A DNA stretch of 63,289 nucleotides from a virus (Duplodnaviria; Caudoviricetes). Shown in pieces: positions 1 to 8,948 of the stretch. The notes below the pieces were generated by a model. That model worked only from the letters and a program-made list of their open reading frames with translations, was not told the origin of the DNA and did no database searches. The stretch is from IMG/VR virus record IMGVR_UViG_3300025358_000006, positions 1 through 63,289 of that record, one strand, 5' to 3'. The stretch's first letter is position 1, and each line of letters opens with the position of its first letter. The position numbers were made by a program, and so were the translations under genes.

Positions 1-3
1 AGA

Positions 4-1947
4 ATGTCTAAAACAGGTGTTGGATTTGAAGGCGATCTAAGAAGAATAAGAACTGCTTCGTTAGATATGGGCGTAAGTCTAACAGAATTTACAGGCATTA
101 TGAAAAATGCACAAGACACATTCCGTGGCCTTGGTGGTAATGCAGAAGACGGAGCAAAAGCATTTGTCAAACTATCAAGTCAATTGCGCCAATCAGGTGC
201 GGGCGACAGTTTACGTGCTCTAGGTATGAGTGCAGAAGACAGCGCCAACGAAATGGCATTGTTTGTGAGAAACAATGGCGGATTGACTGCCGCACAGAAA
301 AAAGATTATCAAGGTGTTGCAAATTCTGTTGCAGAATATGCAAAACAAACAGACAGGCTAGCTAAACTTACTGGTCAAAGTTCAGAAGAAATTGAAAAGA
401 AAATGGCCAAGGAAGCACAAGACGAGGCTTGGCAAGCAACACTTCAAGGCATGGACGAAAAAGATCGCGAAGCCGCTAACGAAGCTCTTAAGGTTGCACT
501 AGCAACTGGTGGACAAGGTGCTGTTGATGCACTGAAAGCCAAGATGATGGGCTTACCTCCAATGACCGAAGCAGGACAAAACTTTGTATCGATGAGCGGT
601 GAAGCTAGCAAACGTCTAGAAGAAATGGAAGCTGTTACAAAGAGTAACATGAGTGCAGAAGAAAAACGTCAGAAGCTAGAAGAGCTTGGCGCAAAACTAC
701 AACTCGACCGAGCACACGATGCAGAAAAAATAGGAATTAAAACACTACAGGCAATGGCCGCCCAAGGCGATCAAAATGCTATAGCTATGTTAAAAGCCAG
801 CAACGATATGAGTAAAGCTGGTATTACTACATACGAAGGTGCTGTAGATAATTTAAAGAAAGTAAACGAAGCCCAAGAAAAACAAATGCATAGTGCCGCC
901 GCCATGGCCGCAAATGCAGAAAATGATTTACAAGCAATGGGCAAAGCGATATATGCAGTTATAGGTCCGCTGTTAGATGCAGTGATGCCTCTAATGAATG
1001 GCATGGTTAAGACATTTACAGATTGGATATCGGGTCCAAACGGACAGGCAAGGTTAGAACAGTTTGGCTCTTATGTAAAAGAGATGATTGGTAAGTTAGT
1101 AGACTACGGCAAGAATCTATTCAGCAAAGAAGGTCGAGACAAGATAATGAATGATGTTATGTTCTTCTTTAAAAACTTATGGATCGATATCAAACTTGCG
1201 ATAGCAAAATCTATCCCCGGTGGTAGTTTATTCTTTGATGAGAAAGATGCAAAAGCGCAACGCGATGCGTTAGACAAAGAAAAAGAAGCAATGGACACTA
1301 GAGCCAAAGCCGCAACAGAAAATGCAATGCACGAAGGCGATATTGCGGCCGCTAAGTTAAAAATGGAACAAGGCGGAATAGCTAAAGCTGAAGAAGCTCA
1401 AAAGAAACTATTGAACGACAACTTGGCTGAAAAAGAAAAATTAAACAAGATGGAAGACAGTGAAGCCAAGCGAGATTTAATTGAGAAACTGGCACTAAAA
1501 GAAAAAGAATATAAAGACAATCAACGAATAATCGATTCCGCAAAAAACATGAAGGAAGAGCAGGCTAAACAACAAATAGCAGATGCGGCAAAAAATAAAG
1601 CCATAGTTGATGAACAAAATAAAAAACTTGCGGCACCTGCTAATCCTAAACCAGATGATAATTCTGAAGATTTTGATTACAGTACTGCTATGGCTACCGG
1701 CGGTAGTTTATCATCAGGAAAAACCGCAATGGTGGGAGAACAAGGACCTGAAATTATCAAAGGACCTGCAAGTGTAACATCTACCCAAGAAACAAAAAAT
1801 CTAATTGACGGCCAGAATGCTGTTGTTGCGGCCTTAAACATGTTAAATATGCAAACAGCAAAACTAATTGCTCTAAATGCCGAGCAAGAAAAACATCAGA
1901 AAGTTATGTCCGATAAGCTGGCATGGACAGGAAACTTGTTTGAATAA
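4..1947 (+). CDS. Tape-measure-like / baseplate-hub coiled-coil protein, probably 5'-truncated by the window edge
   Basis: 647-aa Ala/Glu/Lys-rich helical ORF open to the window start; C-terminal ATGG...AMVGEQGPE motif typical of tape-measure-type proteins; directly precedes the portal gene. Confidence 0.6.
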   Translation: MSKTGVGFEGDLRRIRTASLDMGVSLTEFTGIMKNAQDTFRGLGGNAEDGAKAFVKLSSQLRQSGAGDSLRALGMSAEDSANEMALFVRNNGGLTAAQKKDYQGVANSVAEYAKQTDRLAKLTGQSSEEIEKKMAKEAQDEAWQATLQGMDEKDREAANEALKVALATGGQGAVDALKAKMMGLPPMTEAGQNFVSMSGEASKRLEEMEAVTKSNMSAEEKRQKLEELGAKLQLDRAHDAEKIGIKTLQAMAAQGDQNAIAMLKASNDMSKAGITTYEGAVDNLKKVNEAQEKQMHSAAAMAANAENDLQAMGKAIYAVIGPLLDAVMPLMNGMVKTFTDWISGPNGQARLEQFGSYVKEMIGKLVDYGKNLFSKEGRDKIMNDVMFFFKNLWIDIKLAIAKSIPGGSLFFDEKDAKAQRDALDKEKEAMDTRAKAATENAMHEGDIAAAKLKMEQGGIAKAEEAQKKLLNDNLAEKEKLNKMEDSEAKRDLIEKLALKEKEYKDNQRIIDSAKNMKEEQAKQQIADAAKNKAIVDEQNKKLAAPANPKPDDNSEDFDYSTAMATGGSLSSGKTAMVGEQGPEIIKGPASVTSTQETKNLIDGQNAVVAALNMLNMQTAKLIALNAEQEKHQKVMSDKLAWTGNLFE

Positions 1948-1957
1948 GGATTAATAT

Positions 1958-3706
1958 ATGGCTTGGAAAAAGTATTTCACACCGGTTTCTACCACAGGAC
2001 AATTAGGTCCTATTAGTGGAGGATCCGGTCCATCTCCTGCAAGAACAAACTATTCAAGCTATCTTCCAGACGTCTATTCAGGACATCCAAATCGTTTAGA
2101 ACGTTATGGTCAATATGACACAATGGATACTGATTCAGAAGTTAACGCGGCCTTTGATATCCTAGCTGAATTCTGCTCGCAGATGAACGATGAGAACATG
2201 ACTCCGTTCCAAATTGAATTTAAAGAAAAAGCAACTAGTACTGAAATCAAAGTTATTTCAAAATATCTACAACAGTGGACTAAGCTAAACAAATTTGATA
2301 CACGCATTTTTAAAATAGTTCGTAACGCATTTAAGTATGGCGACAGTTTCTTTGTGCGCGATCCAGAAACACAAGCATGGATGTATATTGATCCTAGTAA
2401 AGTAGATAAGATTATCGTTAACGAAAGCGACGGTAAAAAACCCGAACAGTATGTAATTCGCGATATCAATCCAAATTTACAAAGCCTATCAGCGACACAG
2501 ATTCAACCCACTGCCGGTGATAGTGGCGGATTTGGAAGCGGACAATACAATCAAGCAGGCGCACAACAGCGTGGTATGACTGGTAGTTATGGCGCAAATG
2601 GCGGTGCAGGCGGGTCTGGAAGCAGATTCATGCAACAGCAAAACCAGTGGGCCATTGATGCAAAACACGTTATACATATTAGTCTAAGCGAAGGCTTAGA
2701 CAATAACTTTCCATTTGGTAATAGCTTAATGGAAGGTATTTTTAAAGTCTACAAGCAGAAAGAATTGCTTGAAGACTCGATCATTATCTATCGTGTACAA
2801 CGTGCTCCAGAGCGCAGAGTATTCTATATTGACGTAGGTAATATGCCATCACACTTGGCTATGGGCTTTGTCGAACGTATCAAAAACGAAATCAATCAAA
2901 GACGTATTCCTAGTGTAACAGGAGGCGGAAATTCAGTAATAGACGCTAGTTATAATCCTTTAAGCATAAATGAAGATTACTTCTTCCCACAAACTGCTGA
3001 AGGTCGTGGGTCTAAGGTGGAAATCCTTCCAGGTGGTACAAACTTAGGAGAAATAGATGACTTACGCTATTTTACAAATAAACTTTTTAGGGCGTTGCGC
3101 ATACCGTCAAGCTACTTGCCTACCGGTTCAGATGATGGAGGCAGTAACTTCAATGATGGCCGAGTGGGTACCGCTTATATCCAAGAGCTACGTTTTAACA
3201 AATACTGCGAAAGACTACAAAGTTTATTAAACAGCAATTTTGATACAGAATTTAAACTGTACCTAAACAACAAAGGTGTTAACATTGATCCTAACATCTT
3301 TGCAGTTAAATTTCAAACTCCGCAAAACTTTGCTAGCTATCGTCAAACAGAAATGGACTCTGCTAGAATTAGCACATTCTCTAGTCTAGTCGAAATTCCA
3401 TTTATCAGTAAACGTTTTGCGCTAAAACGCTTCTTAGGTTTATCTGCAGAAGAGATGGCTGAAAACGAAGAGCTATGGAAAGAAGAAAATATTGATGACA
3501 AAGAAGAGTTGTCATCTAGCCAAGAATTGCGTGGCGCAGGTATTACTGCTGGCGGAATCACAGGTGATATGGATTCGCTAGGCGGATCAGATACCGGCGA
3601 AGAAGGAATGGATCCTTCAGAGTTAAGTCCAGAAGGTGATATGGGTGCAGGCAGTGGCGTACCCGGCGGTGCTCCAGCAGGGGCCCAACCTGGTTCACCT
3701 GTCTAA
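1958..3706 (+). CDS. gp20: T4-like portal vertex protein
   Basis: Motifs LEDSIIIYRVQRAPERRVFYIDVGNMP, EDYFFPQTAEGRGSKVEILPGGTNLGEIDDLRYF, LFRALRIPSSYL are typical of gp20 portals; acidic Gly-rich C-terminal tail. Confidence 0.95.
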   Translation: MAWKKYFTPVSTTGQLGPISGGSGPSPARTNYSSYLPDVYSGHPNRLERYGQYDTMDTDSEVNAAFDILAEFCSQMNDENMTPFQIEFKEKATSTEIKVISKYLQQWTKLNKFDTRIFKIVRNAFKYGDSFFVRDPETQAWMYIDPSKVDKIIVNESDGKKPEQYVIRDINPNLQSLSATQIQPTAGDSGGFGSGQYNQAGAQQRGMTGSYGANGGAGGSGSRFMQQQNQWAIDAKHVIHISLSEGLDNNFPFGNSLMEGIFKVYKQKELLEDSIIIYRVQRAPERRVFYIDVGNMPSHLAMGFVERIKNEINQRRIPSVTGGGNSVIDASYNPLSINEDYFFPQTAEGRGSKVEILPGGTNLGEIDDLRYFTNKLFRALRIPSSYLPTGSDDGGSNFNDGRVGTAYIQELRFNKYCERLQSLLNSNFDTEFKLYLNNKGVNIDPNIFAVKFQTPQNFASYRQTEMDSARISTFSSLVEIPFISKRFALKRFLGLSAEEMAENEELWKEENIDDKEELSSSQELRGAGITAGGITGDMDSLGGSDTGEEGMDPSELSPEGDMGAGSGVPGGAPAGAQPGSPV

Positions 3707-3713
3707 TATTTGG

Positions 3714-3719
3714 TAAATA
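3714..3719 (+). promoter_or_regulatory. TAAATA late promoter (T4 gp55-type core)
   Basis: TAAATA 5 nt upstream of ATG 3725; the same hexamer recurs upstream of most structural genes in the window. Confidence 0.7.
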
Positions 3720-3724
3720 CTCAT

Positions 3725-3976
3725 ATGCTACTAAACGAGTTTATCTATTTTAACGAAACCGACCGCGATATGCAAGATCAAGATCGCTACGATCCTTTTG
3801 ACGACAAAAGCATTTTGAAATCTAAGGATCTACGTAAGACTAGATTAACCCTACGCATGATCAATCGTTTGCGCAAAGCAGGCGAATCGAGGGATAAAGA
3901 GCAAAAAGAAGACCTAGTGATAGTACGTAAAATGTACGCACAACCAGAGCCCGAAGAAGCGGCCGGTGGTCTATAA
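3725..3976 (+). CDS. Small hypothetical protein in the prohead-core (gp67/68) position
   Basis: ORF track starts at TTG 3710; in-frame ATG 3725 directly after TAAATA is the likelier start; lies between portal and scaffold genes. Confidence 0.65.
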   Translation: MLLNEFIYFNETDRDMQDQDRYDPFDDKSILKSKDLRKTRLTLRMINRLRKAGESRDKEQKEDLVIVRKMYAQPEPEEAAGGL

Positions 3977-4066
3977 ATTAAGCTATCAGTTAATTTGATT
4001 GACAGATATCTTAAATATTTTGGTCAAAACGATTCAAAAATCGTTAAAAAATATCCCATCTAAAGT

Positions 4067-4084
4067 CAAAAACGGCCGTTTTTG
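4067..4084. repeat. Perfect 18-bp palindrome CAAAAACGGCCGTTTTTG
   Basis: Reads identically on both strands; in the 3977-4167 intergenic gap. Confidence 0.85.
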
Positions 4085-4110
4085 GCCTATTTCCCATAAG
4101 TAATTAACCT

Positions 4111-4135
4111 GGCTGTTAAATATACTTTGACAGCC
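4111..4135 (+). promoter_or_regulatory. TAAATA late promoter (4117-4122) embedded in an inverted repeat GGCTGTTAAA/TTTGACAGCC
   Basis: Hexamer upstream of AAGGAG RBS and ATG 4168; 10-bp arms with one G-U pair. Confidence 0.6.
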
Positions 4136-4167
4136 TTGCCTTACAACGATTAAAGGAGAACCCGCAA

Positions 4168-5160
4168 ATGTCTACAAAATTTGAACAGTTGCTAGATTTA
4201 CTTGTAAACGAAGAAACAGAAAAAGCCAATGAACTTTTTCATGAAATTGTCGTAGAAAAATCTAGAGAGATTTATGAGAATCTTATTGCTGAAGAAGCAG
4301 AAGAGGACGAAAAAGACGAAGAAGAACCGGAAGACGAAGGTGTTGAAGAAGCCTTCGATATGGAAGACGAAGGTGAAGAACCAGAAGTAGGTGGCGATGC
4401 TACTGATGCTTTTGTTAGCGACACTGAAGACGAACCAGAAGGTGAAGACGACATGGACATGGGCGCAGAAGAAGGTGGTGATGAAACTCCAGCTACTAAA
4501 GCCGATGTACAAGACCTAGAAGACGCACTAGAAGAACTAAAAGCTGAATTCGAGCGTTTAATGAGCGCAGAAGAAGCTGAAGAAGAAGAAAACCCAGGAG
4601 TTCACGGTGACTCATCACTAACAGGTGATGAAGAAGGTGACGAATCTGAGGAAGGCGACCAAGAAGCTGACGACCAAGAAGAAGAATACGAAAGTCTTTA
4701 TCAAGAAAGCCGTCAACTAACACGCGAATATCGTGAAAAAGTATCTACTCCATCTATGACTGATGGTGGTGGTGTTGGTTCTGGCAAGGGCGACCTAGCT
4801 GGCCAAACAGGTACAGTTAACACAAAAAGCCCAGTAAGTTCTGGTGCAGGTAAGCCAACAACTTCAGCAAGTGCTAAAAATATTGCCGCAGGTGGTACAG
4901 GAGTTGGAAACAACACAGGTACAAGTCCTAACGCAAAAGGACCAGCAGGTGTGTTGAAAGCAGGTGGTGACTTTGTTCCAGCAGGTACAAAGAACGTAGC
5001 ATCTAGCGCAACAGCTAAAATGCCAGATGGTGCAAAACTATCAGGTGTTAGCAAGCCAGCTATGAAGAAAGAAGGTGAAGGTGTTGGTGCAGGTCGCGGC
5101 GATAAAGCTGGTCAGACTGGTTCCGTTGACACACGTAGCCCAACAGATCGTAAGTTTTAA
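4168..5160 (+). CDS. Prohead core / scaffold-like protein (acidic N-half, Gly/Lys-rich C-half)
   Basis: Strong AAGGAG RBS; extreme Glu/Asp content; immediately before the prohead protease, as for T4 core proteins. Confidence 0.65.
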   Translation: MSTKFEQLLDLLVNEETEKANELFHEIVVEKSREIYENLIAEEAEEDEKDEEEPEDEGVEEAFDMEDEGEEPEVGGDATDAFVSDTEDEPEGEDDMDMGAEEGGDETPATKADVQDLEDALEELKAEFERLMSAEEAEEEENPGVHGDSSLTGDEEGDESEEGDQEADDQEEEYESLYQESRQLTREYREKVSTPSMTDGGGVGSGKGDLAGQTGTVNTKSPVSSGAGKPTTSASAKNIAAGGTGVGNNTGTSPNAKGPAGVLKAGGDFVPAGTKNVASSATAKMPDGAKLSGVSKPAMKKEGEGVGAGRGDKAGQTGSVDTRSPTDRKF

Positions 5161-5173
5161 TTAGAGAACTTGG

Positions 5174-5803
5174 ATGATAAAATACCTAAGAGAAAACCTA
5201 AATTTTGATCAAGCTCGTGTAGAATTATACGAAGCTGAGGAGAAAGGCCAGAAGAGCTTATACCTAAAAGGTATTGCTATTCAAGGCGGAATCCGTAATC
5301 AAAATCAACGTGTTTATCCTGTGGGCGAAATCACAAATGCTGTCAAGACATTAAATGATCAAATACAAAACGGTTATTCAGTCTTAGGCGAAGTTGATCA
5401 TCCAGATGATTTAAAAGTGAATTTGGACCGCGTTAGCCATATGATCACAGATATGTGGATGGACGGTCCTAATGGTTACGGTAAGATGAAAATTTTACCT
5501 ACACCAATGGGTAACTTAATAAAAACTATGCTTGAAAGCGGTGTAAAACTAGGCGTTAGTAGTAGAGGTAGCGGAAACGTTAACGAAGCTAGTGGCGAAG
5601 TATCTGATTTCGAGATCATCACAGTTGATATAGTTGCACAACCTAGCGCACCAGGCGCTTATCCTACACCGGTTTATGAAGCACTCATGAATCAACGTGG
5701 CGGAATGAAAGCCTGGACCGTTGCTACAGAAGTAAAAGAAGATCCAAAGGCCCAGAAGTACATTAAGGAAGCTCTTCTTAATGTGATTAAAGGTCTAAAA
5801 TAA
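5174..5803 (+). CDS. gp21: Prohead core protease
   Basis: Motifs NQNQRVYP, LGEVDHP, GVSSRGSG, DIVAQPSAPGAY match T4 gp21-family proteases. Confidence 0.95.
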   Translation: MIKYLRENLNFDQARVELYEAEEKGQKSLYLKGIAIQGGIRNQNQRVYPVGEITNAVKTLNDQIQNGYSVLGEVDHPDDLKVNLDRVSHMITDMWMDGPNGYGKMKILPTPMGNLIKTMLESGVKLGVSSRGSGNVNEASGEVSDFEIITVDIVAQPSAPGAYPTPVYEALMNQRGGMKAWTVATEVKEDPKAQKYIKEALLNVIKGLK

Positions 5804-5821
5804 GCCTAAGGAGATAGATAG

Positions 5822-6913
5822 ATGTTGGACGCATTCAAACAACTAGTAGAAAGTGGCATGATGTCTGAGGAAGTAAAGTCTCAGATTGAAGAAGCTTTCA
5901 ATGCTAAAATTCAAGAGAATCGCGACCAAGTCACAGCTGAACTTCGTGAAGAGTTTTCTCAACGATATGCACACGATAAGGGTGTTATGGTTGAGGCAAT
6001 CGACAAGATGATCGGCGAGAGATTGGCCGTAGAAATGGCTGAACTTGCAGAAGACAGAAAAGCATTAGCGCAAGCTCAAGCTAAGTATGCCGCAAAAATG
6101 ACCGGTGATGCTACCAAAATGGAATCATTTGTTATGAATCAGCTAGCGAAAGAATTAGTTGAATTCCAAGGCGACCGTAGAACAGTTGCTGAGAATATCA
6201 ACAAGTTAGAGCAGTTTATTGTTCATGCTTTAGCTAAAGAAATCAAAGAATTCGCAGAAGACAAACGTGATCTAGCAGAAACGAAAGTTAAGTTAGTAGC
6301 GGGTGCTAAAGAGAAATTTGATGAAGTTAAGAAACAATTCATTAGTCGTGCCGCAAAGGTTGTAGAAGGTACTGTAACACAGAAATTAACATCTGAAATC
6401 AAGCAATTGAAAGAAGATATTGATTCTGCTCGTACTAACAACTTTGGTCGTAAGATTTTTGAAGCATTTGCCCAGGAGTTTTCAAGTTCCTATATTAACG
6501 AAAAATCTGAAACAGCAAAACTGTTGAAGGTTATCGCTAAGAAAGAACTAGAAGTCGCCGAAGCACAACAAGCTCTAAACCAAGTACAAACCATTGCAGA
6601 ATCCAAAGAACGCCAAATCCGTGTTCAGAAAGATTTAATGGAACGTAAAGAAGTAATGAGCGAGTTATTGGCACCTCTAAGTGCTGACAAGAGAGACATA
6701 ATGAAGTCATTGTTGGAGTCTGTGCAAACAGGCAAACTTCGTACTTCATATGACAAATACCTACCAGCGGTTCTAGAAAACAATGTCCAGAAACCAAAAG
6801 CTGTTTACCTAAAAGAAGCAGTTGAAGTGACTGGCGATCGTGAAGCGAAAAGTCAGCCAGAGGTAGGCTTAGATAATATTATAGATATCCGCAAATTAGC
6901 GGGTCTAAAATAA
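5822..6913 (+). CDS. gp22: Prohead scaffold protein
   Basis: Long coiled-coil ORF between protease and major capsid genes; AAGGAG RBS. Confidence 0.8.
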   Translation: MLDAFKQLVESGMMSEEVKSQIEEAFNAKIQENRDQVTAELREEFSQRYAHDKGVMVEAIDKMIGERLAVEMAELAEDRKALAQAQAKYAAKMTGDATKMESFVMNQLAKELVEFQGDRRTVAENINKLEQFIVHALAKEIKEFAEDKRDLAETKVKLVAGAKEKFDEVKKQFISRAAKVVEGTVTQKLTSEIKQLKEDIDSARTNNFGRKIFEAFAQEFSSSYINEKSETAKLLKVIAKKELEVAEAQQALNQVQTIAESKERQIRVQKDLMERKEVMSELLAPLSADKRDIMKSLLESVQTGKLRTSYDKYLPAVLENNVQKPKAVYLKEAVEVTGDREAKSQPEVGLDNIIDIRKLAGLK

Positions 6914-6937
6914 TTGAAATTCAAGGAGAAGACGTAA

Positions 6938-8116
6938 ATGTCACAATTATTAAATGAAAGATGGTCAGAGACCAAAGAAGCTCTGCTTGAAGGCCTACAA
7001 GGTAACCGTCGTTCTTCTATGCAAGTTTGCTTAGAGAACACACGTAAGTACTTGGCTGAAAGCGCAACAGCAGGTGCTACCAGTGCTGGTAACATCGCAA
7101 CACTTAACCGCGTGATTCTACCAGTAATCCGTCGTGTTATGCCAACAGTTATCGCTAATGAAATTATTGGCGTTCAACCAATGACAGGCCCAGTTGGTCA
7201 AATCCATACTCTACGTGTTCGTTACGCAGACAATGGTGACCAAGTTGTAGCTGGTGATGAAGCATTGAGCCCATTCAAGATTGCCGCCGCTTACAGTGGT
7301 AACAATGTTGATGCAACTCCAAAAGCTAACACAACAGCCGCAATGGAAGGTACACCTGGTAAGCGTATGAGCATTCAAATCTTGAAAGCACCAGTAGAAG
7401 CTAAGTCACGCAAGCTATCAGCTCGTTGGACCTTCGAAGCCGCTCAAGATGCTCAAGCACAACAAGGTATTGACATCGAAGCAGAAATTATGGCCGCTTT
7501 AGCTCAAGAAATTACAGCTGAAATCGACCAAGAGATCCTAGCTTCATTAAGTGGTTTAGCATCTGTTGAACAAACATATGACCAGTCACTAGTTTCAGGT
7601 ACAGCTACATTCGTTGGTGATGAGCATGCCGCTTTAGCTATCCAAATCAACCGTGTTGCTAACTTAATTGCTCAGCGTACACGTCGTGGTGCGGCTAACT
7701 GGGCTGTTGTTTCAAACCAAGCGTTGACAATTCTACAATCTGCTACTACAAGCGCATTTGCTCGTACAACAGAAGGTACATTCGAAGCTCCTACAAACAC
7801 TAAGTTTGTTGGTACATTGAACAATGCAATGCGTATCTATGTAAACAGCTATATGCCTGATACAGGTAATGACAACAATCAAGTATTGATTGGCTACAAA
7901 GGTGCTTCAGAAGCTGATGCTCCTGCGTTCTATTGCCCATACATTCCTTTGATGAGTTCTGGTGTTGTATTAGATCCTAATACATTCGAACCAGTAGTTG
8001 GCTTCTTAACACGCTACGGCTATGTTGAGTTGACAAATACAGCGTCTAGCTTAGGCAATGCCGCTGACTACTTAGGTAAAGTAGCTATTGTTTCTGCAAA
8101 CGTAAGTTTCAGCTAA
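6938..8116 (+). CDS. gp23: Major capsid protein
   Basis: Motifs GVQPMTGPVGQI, AKSRKLSARWTFEAAQD, EITAEIDQEI, FYCPYIPL, TRYG of T4 gp23-type capsids; AAGGAG RBS. Confidence 0.97.
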   Translation: MSQLLNERWSETKEALLEGLQGNRRSSMQVCLENTRKYLAESATAGATSAGNIATLNRVILPVIRRVMPTVIANEIIGVQPMTGPVGQIHTLRVRYADNGDQVVAGDEALSPFKIAAAYSGNNVDATPKANTTAAMEGTPGKRMSIQILKAPVEAKSRKLSARWTFEAAQDAQAQQGIDIEAEIMAALAQEITAEIDQEILASLSGLASVEQTYDQSLVSGTATFVGDEHAALAIQINRVANLIAQRTRRGAANWAVVSNQALTILQSATTSAFARTTEGTFEAPTNTKFVGTLNNAMRIYVNSYMPDTGNDNNQVLIGYKGASEADAPAFYCPYIPLMSSGVVLDPNTFEPVVGFLTRYGYVELTNTASSLGNAADYLGKVAIVSANVSFS

Positions 8117-8142
8117 TCAGTAGTAGGATTACACATCCAAAC

Positions 8143-8167
8143 AAAAACCGCCCTAGGGCGGTTTTTT
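8143..8167. terminator. Bidirectional intrinsic terminator
   Basis: AAAAACCGCCCTAGGGCGGTTTTTT: GC stem flanked by A and T tracts, between the convergent capsid and endolysin genes. Confidence 0.9.
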
Positions 8168-8184
8168 GTTGACTTAAAAAAATA

Positions 8185-8820
8185 TTAACCTTGACTGTCG
8201 TCTGCTAGAATATTACAGAAAGCATTATACTTTGCAGTACGCTCATCTAAGCCAAGTGTACCACCATTAATACGTTTTGTCATTGTTAGCATGTCATCTT
8301 GATCTGCTAATGGATTGAGATTGTTCTTGTGCCAGAACCAGCAGGCTGACCATAATGCGCCTTCTTTGGTCTCTAACCAATCTGGATTTTGTGCTAAAGA
8401 ATCATTTTGATACAAATCCATAGAACATTGTGTGTAGTTAGATTTACCTGTGATTTGTACAATACCACGACCGCGATAACGATAACCATCTCCCGATTCC
8501 TCAGGTCCGTTACCCATACGCCCACCGTAAGCACGATTAGCAATCATTTCTGCATTGCCAGCATATTGAGCCGCAATCTCAGGTGGAAATAAATGAGGCC
8601 ATACACGGCCCAATGTTTCTGCACGGTAGTTTAAATTTTCATGAACCACTGTAAAGTCCATACTTTCGTGTGAGCATTGTGCTAAAAAAGCCGCCACACG
8701 TTGAATTGATGTTATACCAAATTGAGGTAATGTTGCCGCAAGCAATGGGAACCAGTCGCCGATTTCCTGGTTGCTTCTCAAGCATTCTTGCAGTTTGTTA
8801 GGGGTAAAATTAAAGTCCAT
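8185..8820 (-). CDS. Glycoside hydrolase family 19 (chitinase-like) endolysin
   Basis: Motifs AAFLAQCSHES, GDGYRYRGRGIVQITGKSNY, SACWFW, TKRINGG; GGAG RBS on the minus strand. Confidence 0.9.
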   Translation of the reverse strand: MDFNFTPNKLQECLRSNQEIGDWFPLLAATLPQFGITSIQRVAAFLAQCSHESMDFTVVHENLNYRAETLGRVWPHLFPPEIAAQYAGNAEMIANRAYGGRMGNGPEESGDGYRYRGRGIVQITGKSNYTQCSMDLYQNDSLAQNPDWLETKEGALWSACWFWHKNNLNPLADQDDMLTMTKRINGGTLGLDERTAKYNAFCNILADDSQG

Positions 8821-8841
8821 TCGGGTCTCCTTTTGTATGCT

Positions 8842-8873
8842 TATTTAACTCTACAGGGTATCTGCGGTAAATA
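8842..8873. promoter_or_regulatory. Divergent pair of TAAATA late promoters (minus 8842-8847, plus 8868-8873)
   Basis: TATTTA faces the endolysin gene; TAAATA faces the 186-aa gene. Confidence 0.7.
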
Positions 8874-8894
8874 ATACTGTTCAAAAGAACTTGT

Positions 8895-8927
8895 TGCGGT
8901 GCCAACCGCGCAGTGGGTAGAACCCAC
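8895..8927 (+). promoter_or_regulatory. Twin-hairpin 5' leader
   Basis: GCGGT-GCCA-ACCGC (8896-8909) and GTGGGT-AGA-ACCCAC (8913-8927) between the promoter and the AAGGAG RBS. Confidence 0.55.
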
Positions 8928-8948
8928 ATACATTAAGGAGAAATTAAA

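Noticed and set aside
1958-8116. Introns or inteins in portal, protease or capsid genes
   Set aside because: Reading frames are continuous, of ordinary size, and lack intein splice or homing-nuclease motifs.
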